From assembly GCA_043228905.1 (NCBI GenBank), contig JBHGNT010000004.1, positions 11,842,001 through 11,906,000 of the forward strand: a DNA stretch of 64,000 bases, written 5' to 3'. The DNA is from Azolla caroliniana. Lineage: Eukaryota; Plantae; Polypodiophyta. A program made the position numbers and the translations under genes. Positions 38,549 through 52,000 of the stretch are shown here, in pieces. Below the pieces are notes generated by a model that did not search any database, was not told the DNA's origin, and worked only from the letters and a program-made list of their open reading frames with translations. Each line of letters opens with the position of its first letter. Position 1 is the first letter of the stretch.

Positions 38549-40144
38549 GTGGTAGTCTTGTACTCAGAAAATGCATCATCTCGAGTATCCAAGGGTCCTC
38601 TGGTTACTCCTTTGGATTGGTTGGGTCCGCCGCCTTGACACTAAACAACAGTCCGTCCAGAAAATCATCCCGGACACCGTCTCCTTCGTCGGATTCCAGC
38701 TAGCTCAAGTATTCTGTGACCGCGTGCTGCACCCCGGGTCGATGGTAGATGTAGAGTTCAAATTCTTGTAGCAGGAGAGTTCACCGGGCCAATTTTTGGT
38801 TAGCAAGGTGTTTGACACCAAGTATAGTAGTGCCAAATGGTCTACATGAAACAAAAATTTCTGGCCCAGTAAGTAGTGTCGAAACTTATTCACACTATAA
38901 ACCTCCCCAAGGCCTCCCTTTTCATGGTTTAATAATTCTGTTTGTCTTTTGATAACTTCCGAGTCACGTAGTACACCAGCCGGTACCAATTTGGCCCTGT
39001 GAGCTGCATCAGGGCACTCCCAATTACTACGTATGATGTGTCCACAAACACATGGAAATCTTTGGACCAATCCGGGGCTTGGACGATCGGAGCCTATGAC
39101 AACATAACTTGTAATGCCCTGTATGCTTTGTCTTCCACGCCCATCCATTGAAATGGTACTTGGTGTACTACGACATGTAACAACATTGCAAAGTTCACCA
39201 GATATTAGTATTTGGATATGCGACCGGATTTGACCTAAAAATTAGCTTAGTGCTTTGGCATTCGTTGGGTTTTGTGCCCCCAAGATAGCCCTTAAGTACC
39301 TTTTCCGGATTGACTGTGATTCCCTCCTTGCTCACAGTATGCCCTAGTAACACGCCACTTCTGACTTTGAATGCACATTTGGTTGGATTCAAACTTAGTC
39401 GCAAAATTCAACATTTCTCTAGACACCTCCGAAGATGGCCCAAGTGTTCGGCTTTCCAGCTATACACTGCAAAATCATGAAGGAAAACTAGCATGAATGT
39501 CGAAATATAATCGCCAAAAATCTCCATAGTGATTCGCTGAAATGTTGGTGGTGTTGTCTTTGATCCGAACATCATGACTACTACAACAAACATTCCCCAT
39601 TCTGTGACGAATGCCATTTTTCTTGATCAGTCGGATGCATTCTAATCTGGTTGTAACCCTGAATCCATCCAAAAAGTTGTAAACCTCATGGTCGACTATT
39701 GGATTGAGTACTTCGTCTATAAAAGGCAGCGGAAAGGCATTTGTAACCATCGCTGTGTTGAGCTTCCGATAATCCACACAAACCTTAATTTTCCCGTTCT
39801 TCTTGGGTACTCCTACTATTAGACTCAACCACGTAGCTTGCTTTACCGGTTGTAGAAATCCGACCGTTAACAATTTTTTGATTTCCTCTTTCATTTTTGC
39901 AGCTTTGTTGGGGTTCATCTAGTATCGCCTTTGGGCTATCGGTTTTGCGTCCTTACTTTGGTGAATTTGATGTTGGTAGAATTTCAGGTCTAATCCCTTC
40001 ATGTCCTTGTACGACTAGGCAAAAACATCCTTGAATTCCTTCAATGGTGCTACCATCTCCAATTTTTCTTCTGGACGCAAATCCATTGCCATGCTTATTG
40101 ATTGTGGTTCTTTGATCATTCCCAAGCTGACCTCTTCCAGTGTT

Positions 40145-40548
40145 TTTTTTCCATTTAGAGATACTACTTTAGTTTTTTTTTTTTTTATCTTTGGCTCGCC
40201 CGAAGGCTACAACTCACACAAAGTCATGTTTTATTAGTAGTATATAGTCCATCAAGGGGTGTACCGAATGGTACGAGTGAGATACATGCACAGGATGACC
40301 TCTAGGAGATATAATGAGACTCGCACCACGTTCCATCATGCAACTTGTAGACAGGCTACATTTTACCTTCTTCATCGTCGAAACTGTCATTGTTGTCACC
40401 GTCACCATCTTCGTCGTCGTCACTTACGGACACAAACCGCCCTTCACCGTCACCATCTGCGTCGTCGCCACTATCTTCGTCGTCATCACTTATGGGCACA
40501 AACCGCCCTTCATCGTCACCATCTGTGTCGTCGTCACTTACGGTCACA
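40145..40548 (-). mobile_element. PolyA-tailed retroposed insertion (LINE-machinery product) in F pol
   Basis: 15-bp TSD ACCTCTTCCAGTGTT (40130-40144 / 40549-40563). On the minus strand: an acidic repeat ORF tail, AATAAA and two A-tracts. Confidence 0.85.
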
Positions 40549-43500
40549 ACCTCTTCCAGTGTTGACGCCTTTACTTTCTAGGATATAGCTAATTCTTTTT
40601 CCAATGCGTCATGCGCTTGGCGAAGCTCCCAAATAACTTCTACGTCCAGTTGAGCTAGATTCTCCTCTATGACTTTGTCGGTTACATATGGAATTACGGC
40701 TTCTGCCACATCAATCTCAAACAATGACACTATTTGTGGGTTCTCCTCCAGGTATTGATCCACTTCCTCATCCACCAATCCGTCTAGCATATGGACGGTG
40801 TCAACTACTTTGTAATGGTCACGCTCTCCTGTGTCGGCATTCGAACTTTTGTTTTCCCCCGATGGAAACTAATAATGTTCTTTTGCCAAATTTGTTTAAT
40901 ATGGGTCGTCTTCAACCACGGTTGTCCTAATAGCAAGGGGTATGCCCCTGCTGTGTTCAACTTTAGTACCACCGCGGATATCTGGAATGGATGTCCGCCC
41001 ATGGCTATTTCAAGATTCCGGATTAGCCCCGTTGGCCAGTCTGAAGTTGATTCCACCATTCACAACCAGAATGGGCATGGTTCCCATTCTTGGATGCCTA
41101 ATCTTTAACAGGTACTTCATTGATTACATTTACACCAAAGCTACCATCAATTATTGTTCCAAGTATTTCGACGCCTTTAATAATTACTTTTACTATCGAA
41201 TTCTGGTCATCAATTATTGTCAGTCCTTTATTCTGGTGTGTAACGTGTACCGGAGCCTCTGACAACGTGTTCCCCCTCTGTACTATTGTTAGAGTTTCCA
41301 CAAATCAAGGAACAAGTTTCAAGAGTCCAGCCAATGGCATTGAAATTTGACAACTTGCTAGTGCTAGCCAAGCTGGATCCTCTGTAAGTGGTTCTTCTTT
41401 TGTTGTTGGTTTTTCTTCCAGGGACTACTTGTTTAATTCTTGGAGTATTTTTTCTACATTCCGCTAATTCACTTTCTCCACCCATTGTTATGTTGTCTTT
41501 GGTACAACTTCCTGGGCCTCCCATTCTACGGTGGTGACTTGTTGTACTTCAGCCACCTCTATGGTCAGCATATTAATTGCCGCCATTTGGCCTTTTCCTT
41601 TTAATGGACATTGCCTGCTATAATGCCCTTCTTGTCGGCAAAAGTCTTTATTACAATTATCTTTCTTAGAGCTTCCTGGGCCTCCCATTCTGCGGCGGTG
41701 ACTTGTTGTACTTCAGACACCTCTATGGTCAACATATTAATTGCCGGCACTTGGCCTTTTCCTTTTAATGGACATTGCATGTTGTAATGGCCTTCAGGTC
41801 AGCAGAAGTAACAATATAGTTTACACGGTTCGCTTGTTTCTACCTTATTTGTTACTACAGGTTGTGTTCTGGAGCCTAGCCGTGCTGATTCCTCTAGCCT
41901 CTAAGGTTTTGTTGGAATGGTTTGGCCTTTTGTGACTTTCTTCTATCCTCCGAAGCTCTTCAATAGTCATGTGAGGAGTATCGACGTTCATTTTGCCGAT
42001 TGTCGGTACCATACCTTGGATCATAATTATGGCATTGGTCATCGTACACTTGCCGATCTATGTATCTTCATTCTATTTGCCTCTCTCGATCATAATAAGG
42101 GGAATAATCTCTATCATATTGTCCTCTTCGGTAGTCCTCCGTTCTATAGCTTCATGTATATCGAGGTCGATCCTCCAGTCAATATCTGTCGTCCCATCAA
42201 AACCATTCATCCGACCAGAATTGGTCCTTGTCCGTCCTCTGTTCAATTTGTCGTACCGATGCCGCTGGTGGATTGAGAAGGTTATATTCGCACAGGTCGA
42301 TTGTGTGGGCCCACGAATGGCACAAGGCATAGTGCATTCTCATTGTGCATTCCAAAGTCGAGTGGCCAGGGTTTAGGCATGTTGTGCACTACACCGCTTG
42401 CCGGAATCTGAGTTCCTCTTCCTTTGGTAGCACCTTTTGTAGAGCCTCCATTGACATGCTATTAACATTATGCGCTCTATCCATATCGAGCACTTTATCA
42501 ATGACTTGGTCAATGGTATTTGTGGTGAAGTCCAATACTGCCAATGTTGTTCGAAGTGGCCCTCTGAGCGCAGTTAAACATGTTTCCTCTAAGTCCGCCT
42601 CCGGTGGTGTCTTGGTTAACTGTTTCCGCAAGTTCTGTAACCCAATGATAAACTATGACACTGTTTCTTGTGCCTCTGGGTATGCCACATAAAACTGGCG
42701 CATTAATTCTCTTTGCGCCACTTGTCAGTGGAATAGCCGGATGAACTTGTCACTTAGTTGCATGAATGTTGAGAATTCCTCCGGATTATGCTGGGAATAC
42801 CAGCTCGCCGCTTGCCCTTCCAAGGAAAGCCCGAATTCTGCTATCTTTGATGCATCAACAATGGCTTCTGCTAGTCCTTGGGACACATGGTTTGCTTGTC
42901 ATGTGGTCAGAAATGCTTGAACATGGGCTTCTGTGTCCGGCTTGTCATTGTACTTCGGGTAGGGGTATGTCATATTGTCTTCCTCCTCGTTTATCCGGAA
43001 AATTTCCATCTCCTGATTCGAATTCTCTGACTCCGCTTTCTCATCAATTACTGTAGCTGGATCCTTATCCAATGTTAGTACTAGGAACTCTTCCTCCTTG
43101 CTCACCGCTTTTACCCATGACGATGGTGTCGGGCTTTCTTTTTTAGGAAATAGGTCCCTCCGGATGGGAAGTGAGAACAATAGTGTCGATGTGGTGTACC
43201 CGGCAACGGAAGACCCGATGAGAACCGGATGTGGGGTACCTGGCAACGGAAGACCCGGTGAGAACCGGTGTCGTGAAGATTTTCGGCAATAGTGTGAAAA
43301 TCCCATAAAACGTACAAAATCGAGTATGAATCACATAATACAATAATTGTGAAGATAACATTTTAAATAAATTTAAGTACAAAATGATGGAGGTTTCAAA
43401 TGCACTTTATTACACGAGAAACAGACAACTAAATGTCAAGATATGAGGGTATAAAGTTTGTGAAAGGAAAAGAGAAAATTGTGAGATATCCCACATAGGC

Positions 43501-44411
43501 ACGACAAATATGGTTCTCATCATATATAAGGTAGAGCAAAAGATATTATCTTTGTGTCTATGTGTGGAGCATAGAGAGTTCAAGGTAACTTGAACTAAGA
43601 GTGGAGGTGGGCTAGCTACTCGTAAAGGGTTTTGGCCAACCAAAACCGGACCGGTGATGGAGCTGGAGACACCGGCGTCCGGCGGCAATCCGGCGATGGC
43701 GAGGCACCAGTAACCGATGGCATCCGGCAACATCCGACACCGGTAACCAACGGCAACCGGCGACGGCATCCGACGAGGCACCGGTAACCGACGACATCCG
43801 ACGAACCGGTGTCCGGCGACTAGATAAATAAATATATAAATATATAAATATATATACATATAGAAGGAGGACAAGTAAGGATTCGAACCTTGCACCTCCA
43901 AGTTAGGAGTCAATTGGCTTACCATTAAGCCATGCCATTTAGTTGAATTTATATTTCTATCATTGTACTTTTACGTGTAAATTCTCATACATGAGAGCTA
44001 AAATGAGTGACATGGTTATCATGCACCACATGTAATACATAAGCGCCAAATGGCAAGCATGCATTTTATGCATGTCTTATACCCTCACATGCATCATATG
44101 CATGAGAGGATCTATAAAAGAAGGAAGGGGGAGGAGAAAAAAGACGTTTTTTTTGGGTTATGAAATTAAGAAGAAGAAATTTGTTATCAAATTGATCGTG
44201 TAACTTGTTTCTTAAATCTAAAGATAAAAAGTTCAATCAATCTCTCTCAATCGTTTAATCTCAACTTCTCTCTTTCCCAATCTATCTTAAGTACTTTCTC
44301 GCTAAAGCTTGCGCCAAAGCTTGTACCGACTTTGAATCCTTCCGGTCCAGAACCCCGGCGGTTCCGCCTCACGATCCGCGCGTAGTGACGGATCTTCACG
44401 ACATAATTAAG

Positions 44412-44428
44412 TGGTGAACCCGACGTGA
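44412..44428 (+). promoter_or_regulatory. Primer binding site of D, complementary to the tRNA-Trp 3' end
   Basis: TGGTGAACCCGACGTGA is the reverse complement of the plant tRNA-Trp 3' end (..UCACGUCGGGUUCACCA, recalled). It lies 8 nt after the LTR. Confidence 0.85.
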
Positions 44429-44470
44429 AAGAGGCAGTAGGAAGGATCAAGTTGAGATTAATACTTGGAG

Positions 44471-46668
44471 ATGGCGTCCTCAAGCAACCAAGCAGGAGAG
44501 CTCGAAAGGATGATGCTAATCGTCGAGCAAATGATGAGATCTCGGGACAACGACGCGAGCGTGGAAAAGGTTGTCGATCGTGTCGTAGAGCTCGAGGGCC
44601 AATTCGATGGAAGGAACGTTACGAAGTTCCTTGATGCATATAGAAGGGAGATGAATCAAAGGGACGTGTCCGAGGCACGTCAAATCGTAAGCTTCAAGAG
44701 AGTTGTCACCAACAACATCCAAAGACGCATCATCGAGCTTCAAGAAGGTAAGACAACATGGTCCGAGTTCGAGAAAACGATACTAGCGGAGTTCGTGACT
44801 GAAGACTCAACGAGGATGAGTCGACATGCCCTGATGAAGTGGATAGAGAAGAAGAATAAGAAGATGAGCGTCTCGAGGGTGTACGATGAATTCGACCAGA
44901 TGTTTAGTCGTCTCCCCAATACGGACCAAGTGTTGCTTGAAGAGGACAAGACTTTGTACTTCTTGAAGGCCGTGGACATAAAGGATAGACGGGAGTTGGG
45001 GACTCTTCTCGAAGATGATACCCAAGCAAATGGGCTTGTATCGGACTGGATCGCGGTGAAGTGGGCATGCAATAGGCTCGACAAGCGTCGCCAATGGGTT
45101 GATGACACCGACTTGACGGGATCGACTACCACGGAGAAAGCAAGACCGCCGAAAGTAGCTGAGCCGCCAAGACAAAGTAACGTGGAAGAAAAGAAGATTG
45201 ATGACGACATCATTGAAGAGCTAGCAAAGAAGTTCAAGAAGGTTACGCTAGCCAACATGAATCGTTGGGGCCCTAAAGGAAAAGAACCCTTTAGATGTGT
45301 GTGGTGCGATAGCATGGACCACATGAGAAGGGATTGTGCGAGCCTTCGAGAGGCGATTCAACAAAATATCGTATACATAGAGGACAACATGATCTGCTCA
45401 AGCGAGACTAGAAGACCCCTACGGGTGAATTTCGGAAGAGGAGGAATGAAGAAATCTATGGAGGATGCCGATGCAACTCATGTGGATGCGATGCACTATG
45501 CTGCGTCAGCCGGAATAAGAGTCGGGAAAGACAAGACTGAAGCTGCTAGAGCGGGAGCAAAGTTTTGGACTTCCGTCTCAAATATGAGAAGAAGGGAAAA
45601 GTCACATCGAACGAGGTAGAGCTTACGGACCGAAGCGTGCAAAGCATAACCGGGTGGTCGGATCCGGTGGACGACAACACCATACTCGCAGAGGTGATGT
45701 GCGACAACCATGAGGTGTTCGTCGAAGAAAAGAGAAAGAGAATAGAAGAGCAAGGCCCATCAAAAAGACATGAAACAAGGAACGCGAAAAAGAACGACGA
45801 TGCGGAGACGAGTCGACCTTTACAAATGGAGGAACGAGAATCAAGCCGAAAAGGGGAGCCGAGCATACGAGTTGAAGAAACGGTTCGGCGCATGAAGGTT
45901 GGTGTCGAAGACCCCGCTCGGAGGACAAGGACTATACCTACCTATAAGCTAAGGTCGGACATAGAGCAGACGACGGAACTAAAGAAGATTCTCGAAGAAC
46001 GAGTTCTTGATAGCCACGTAACTTGGTCCTTGAGGGAATTGCTTGGCATTACGAAGAAGTAGTTCCATGACACGATCGTGGACCTTGTAAAGAGAAAGAG
46101 ACAACAATCAGACGAGGAAGAAGAGAAGCCACAAAAAGCAAAAACGAATGCCATAACGATGGCAAGAGACGAAGTCGATGAAGATATGGTGGACAACCAC
46201 TATACTCAACCTCATTGGGCACGAGCGACAACGGAGACGCCGGTGAAGATCGGGGAGAAGAAAGAGACCATGGTAGCCTTGATCGACCACGGCTCGAAGA
46301 TCAACCTCATGTCAACCGACTTCTACAAAAAAGGAAGGTGGCCAATCAATACAAACCACGGATGGAAGATTCGCGCGGCAACAAAGTCTACGGAGGACTT
46401 GTACGGAGCTTGTCCCAATATCAAAGTCACAATCGGGGATGTGGAGATGGATCAACACTTCTTTGTACAAGAATCGGCGTTGCATCCTGTCATCCTAGGG
46501 CAACCTTATATCACATCATCTCGGATGGAGACCAAAGTGTTCAATAATGGAGCAGCCTTCGCATGAATAAAGAGTCTTGACAACCAAAGATCGGTCCAAT
46601 TCCTAACGGTGCGAGCCAATCATGAAAGGAATCGAGATAGTCTCGGAGGCGAATCCTCGGATTTTAAG
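44471..46668 (+). pseudogene. D gag-protease ORF1
   Basis: ORFs 44465-45619, 45565-46062 and 46078-46566. Ends at the slippery site GGATTTT (46659-46665). Confidence 0.87.
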
Positions 46669-49015
46669 AGCGGACTATTGAAGCATGGGGCACAAATAGT
46701 CCGAGCAATCACAAGACCCCACAAGAAAGAAGAGTGCGTGGATTGCGAGGAGAAGCAACATGTGTCACACCTAGTGGCGCATGTAAACTAGTACTACCCG
46801 ACAAGAAGCACAAGCGTCGGATACAAGAATTCGAGAAGATGCTGAAAGAAGAAAACATAATAGAAGAAGGAGAGTTCGTGACTCATATTATGGAAGAAGC
46901 CTCATTTAACGACACCATCGGCAAAATCGAGGACGTCGTGGACTTGAGCTATCTTCACAATCAATGTGTGATTTCGGTTAACTCCGTCAACATGTACGCT
47001 ATCATCGATGAATATCGTCGTGGCATCTCGATGAAGGAAGCTGACATCAAAACGAAATATAAAACGGTGGATAAGAAGATCAAGCCAGTTGCGGTTCCGC
47101 TACCGGAAGATAGCTGGCAAAAGATGAAGGAAGTCGCTAACGATCCAAGCTTAAGAGATCCGAAGAAGATAGGTCATGTCTTCACCAAAGAGACGAAGGG
47201 GAAGCTATGAGTTGGAAAGGAGGATTTCCTTCTTCCTGAAGAGGAGCGAAAATTTCGCGATATGCTTGAGAGACATGGGAAGGCTTTCGCATTCTTCCCA
47301 CGAGAAATCGGATGCGCCGACCCAAAGGTTATAGAGCTGATGGTGATCTTCACGGTGCCTCATGTGCCTTGGAATTTGAAACCGATACCGGTTCCGAGAG
47401 CACACCTTCCGAAGGTGACCGAGCTATTAAAGGAGAAGGTGAGTATGGGAATTCTAGAACCGTCGAATGCTCCTTATTCCAATAGGTGGTTCACGGTGCC
47501 GAAGAAGAATGGATCATTGTGATTCATCCAAGATCTTCAACCCGTCAACAAGGTGAGAATTCGAAATGCCGGAATCGGTCCGAGCATGGACGAATTTGCC
47601 GAAGCGTTTGCGGGCCAGTCCATCTACTCCATTGGTGATCTCTACTCCGGATATGAACAATTCCAATTGGCGATCGACAGTCGGGACATTACAACCATGA
47701 GGACTCCGATCGGGCTTGTGCGGATGTGTACCTTACCCCAAGCCGCAACGAACTCGGTGGCTCATATGGTGAATGCCATGAATAAAGACTTGAAGGATTG
47801 CATCCCGGACATCACGATGCCATTCTTGGATGATATTCCAATAAAAGGATGTTCGGATGAGGAGAAAGATGAATCAAAAGATAAGGAAGGTTGTAGAAAG
47901 TTCGTTGCGGATCATATGAAAGATTGCGAGAAGGTGCTTCAAAGGCTCGAAGATGCGAATTTGACATTTTCGGGAGAAAAATCCGCATTCGGGCAACTGG
48001 AGATCTTGGTGGTAGGTCACTTGTGTGGAGCATACGGACGGAAGCCCTCGGCATCCAAAGTGAATGCAATCCAAGACATGAAAGAAGAATGCGAAAACCA
48101 AACGGAGGTTCGAAGGTTCCTTGGAGCGTGCACGTTTTATCATATATGGATTCCTCACTACGCTCATGTCGCCGAACCATTATATGGACTACTAAAGAAA
48201 CGAATGATGTTCGAATGGCGAGACGAGCACACAAATGCGATGCGAAGATTAAAGAAACTGCTTCTTGAAGCTCTGGCACTAAGGAAGGCCAACTATGCCG
48301 AAGGGAAACCAATTTACGTGACCGTAGATACGAGCCCAACCGGAATCGGGTGGGTCATCAATCAAGAAGGTGAAGATAATGTGCGATATGCCGTACGGTT
48401 TGGAGCAAAGGTTCTCAGCGAACGGCAACAAAGATATGCCCAAGTCAAGCGGGAACTTTGGGGTATTGTGTCGGCAGTGAAGACGGACAAAGATTACTTG
48501 ATCGGGTCAGAAGTGATAATAGAGACATGTTACCGGCCGGCAAAGGAGTCCAGAGTGGGAAACGGAGAGTTATTTAAGTAGTAGGAATGTGGTTGTAATT
48601 AAGCTATGAGTGTGGATGGACGGACCGGAATCGGTATGCCGTTCCGGATCTGGACCGATCCCGAACAGGTGCAGATGGCACCGTTTTGTAATACAGACCG
48701 GAAACCTATTTAAAGGCCCAGATACAATGTAATGAATAGCGGTTAATTAATGAAAGCTTAGCGTTGTTATCTCTCTGTGTTAATTGCCGTTCTGTCTTAA
48801 TTGTTATATCTTACGTGTGTGATTATGAAAGACGATCATGCTTAGTAACTTAATTAAGTCGGAGTAAGCGTTGAGTCTAATCCAATTGCCGTAACACTCT
48901 TTGGTGAAGTGTCTTCCGTAGACACCCTGTGTTAGGCCATTGTCCGGCCCTAAGAGTTAACACAGTTTTTGGCGACCACGATTCCTGCTTTTGCAGTGAA
49001 CGACGGCACGGATGG

Positions 49016-52000
49016 ATGTCTAGATCAACGCACGACCTGGTTACAGATCGAACTCGATGCCTTGCCGAAAGGCAAAGGAGACGCGAGGCCTTCCAGCAAG
49101 CGGCGCAGGAAATTAGAGCGGATTGCTCGTTTTCCAACGTAATCCGGAGAGTAGCGGAGGAATCCCTCTGGTTACAGCAAACATCGCACCCGGACGACGG
49201 TAGCAGCCTAAGCAGCCTCCGGGAAACCGAATCCCTTCTCCAAGCGTTGGCAAACGGAGAAGGCGAAGCAGAAGCCTTTTCAGCATATGAATCGGACTCC
49301 GAAGGGGAATACAACGTGCACACGAACTACCGTAGCAGCAATGAAACCCCGGGCGGACCGGAGGATGAAGGATCGGATACCTTACCGACACCAGAACCGG
49401 AAGTGCTAACACTGGAACCCCCGGAACCAGCAGAGGAAGAGCGACCTCCGACACCGGAAGTCGAAGAGGAGAGGCCTCCGTCACCAAAAGAAGAGGAAAA
49501 ACCACCGACGCCGGAAACAAATCGGGAAAGACCACCGATGCCGGAGAAAATTCCGGAACGAGCACCAACACTGCCAGCCCGCGCACCGATACCGGACGAC
49601 GACATGCCGTTCCAGTACTCCAAGTATAGAGATGATCCGAACGCGGAAGCTCATCTGCACGCCTTTGAACAGACATGGGAAGCCAACCATGTGTCCCAGC
49701 GATTGACCCCGGAGGAAGAAGAACGCTCTAAGATAGCGGAATTTGGCGTCACATTAGAGGGACCGGCAGCAAGATGGCGTCAGACGCAGGACCCGTCTAC
49801 CATCAACACCTTTGCAGATTTAAAAGCTAAATTCTTGCATTTTTTTCAAAAGGAGGTGGACCAGACCATAATGGTAGGCTTATTTTATACCATCCGACAG
49901 GAGGCAGGGGAGAGCATTCCCCAGGAGGCACCCCCGGAGGAGGAATTACGGACTATATTCCTAAACGCGCTCCAGGAACCCCTACGCACGGTTTGCACGG
50001 TAATTGACTTCCGCACAAGTATCATTGACCAGGTCATTGACCGGGTAAGAGAGATGGAAAAGACAAGCTCCTGGCTCACACTGGGAGCACTCCAACGGGC
50101 GTTACCGTCCGATGAAGACCTCCGGTTTCGGCAAGCAATACAGTGCACAACCTGCTTGAATTCCGGACACTCGGCTCTAGAATGCACTATGAGGACGCAA
50201 TGTGTAATTTGTCAATCCAAGAGCCATACGACGGATAGGTGCGAGTAGAATCTGTTGAACCGGCAAGCACCGCCCGTCCGACAAATTGAGCCACGCAGCA
50301 GCCGGGATGAAGAAGACGAACGCTGGCGGCGAATGAACCGCGACCGACCGGCATAGGATGTCTGGTATGACGATCGACAGGAGAATGATGTCAAGTACGG
50401 TGATCGGCGGGATAACTATGACCGGCATGATCGGTACCGGGATTACAATAGACGATACGAACATTACGATCGGGAGCACTCCCCCGGGTATCGTCAGCAA
50501 CGGGAGGAATACGACAGATATAACGGGCAACCCCATCAAGAGTACCGTAATAAGAAGAGCTATAACAAAAAACGACATTTTAAAAAAGGCGGCTACCCCC
50601 GGGATCCGGAACAAGGAGCTCCAAGCAGCCAACCGGTCCAAAACCCCGCGCGTACCGCAAGACCTGCCCCGGGTACAACAGACAATGCCGAATCTAGCAA
50701 TACCCGGAAAGCCTACTGCTACTACTGCCGACAGGAAGGCCATTATAGTAACCAATGCCCGGTGAAGAGTTATGAAAAACGACCGACGGTAAATATGGTA
50801 GTCCCTGAGGTGGCAGATCTGCAGCAGGTGACCACAAGGTCGAAGGGCATGGCCAAGGAATGGGAGACGCAGGAGACTATCCGGAAACAAGCAACGAAAT
50901 GGGTAAAGAAAGCAAACGAGCAGAATGTCACAGACTTACAGCGGCAAAAGGAGAATACCGTAGGGCTTGCCGGCGGTAGTAACTCCGAGAACGAGACATG
51001 GCAGGCGTTGCAAGAATGCCAGATTACGTTGCCACTAGGAAGACTCCTACAACTCGTGCCAAGATTCACGGAAGGATTGAAGACGGCCATGACGGCAGGA
51101 GAACCATCACCGGCACCGGTACTCTTCTCGAATCCGAAGGAGGGACCAACGGTGGTGGACACCAGCAGTCCGGTAATCACTGCCATTGTAAAAGGGAAAG
51201 AACTCCCCGGCACAGTTATAGACGGAGGCTCTGGGGTGAATGTAATAAGCCTCCGGACGTGTGATGCCCTAGGAATCCACGAGTGGGAGCCATGTCCATT
51301 CTGGTTGCGGATGGCCGATACAAGCTCAGTGCGGCCGACAGGATTAATACGGAAATTAGAAGTCACCGTCGGCTGTCATACATTTCCCATCTCGGCCGTA
51401 GTGCTACAATTACAAGCACAAGGCACATACCCGCTATTGCTGGGGCGGCCATGGTTGAAAACGGCACATATCAAACAGAATTGGCGGAAAAATATAATTA
51501 CCTTCCGGCGAGGAAAAGCCAAGGTACGGGTACCAACACAGCCAAGGACGAGCACTGGCAAGGAATGTACACCGTTGTATGCGGAATGCGTCAACATGCT
51601 AGAAGGGTTAGCGGACGAAGAAGAAGCTCAGTACCTGCAGGAAAACCCGAAGATCATACCCCTCTTCGAAATTGACATTGCCGAAGCAGTAGCACCATAC
51701 TTACCGCAACCGGAAGAGGCTGAAGCAGAACCGGATAAAGACGCAATCCAGGAGTTACGGCAAGCGCAGGAAGCGTTGGAACGGGAAATGGTCGCTTCAC
51801 AGCGCGTAAAAACGTCACAACTGGAAGAGGTGAACCTAGGGACCACGGACGAAGCAAAACCGGTGCACATCACCAAGGAGATAAGGTCCGAAGACAAAAC
51901 GGCGATGATCACACTTCTCACGGAATTTCGCGATGTGTTCGCCTGGTCGTACGAAGACATGCGAGGACTCGACCCTCAGTTATACCAGCATCAGGTGCAC

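Larger units (their letters stand above)
28302..43268 (-). mobile_element. Ty3/gypsy element 'F' (same family as E), decayed host of H, D and small inserts. Its 5' part lies beyond D, outside the window.
   Basis: Minus-strand gag (42389-43140), PR (IDGSFGVNVI), RT (39195-39918), RH (38705-39148) and IN (37675-38140) are homologous to E. The extra-ORF tail (AYERERVQL..SDEE) is split by copia H. 3' LTR at 28302-28617. Confidence 0.88.

Noticed and set aside
43650-43820. CRISPR-like repeat array
   Set aside because: It is an irregular CG-rich minisatellite inside an LTR, with no constant repeat/spacer structure, in a eukaryotic context.
43875-43936. Bona fide tRNA gene
   Set aside because: A/B boxes and T-arm are present, but acceptor and anticodon stems do not pair convincingly. 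Treated as a tRNA-derived LTR module.
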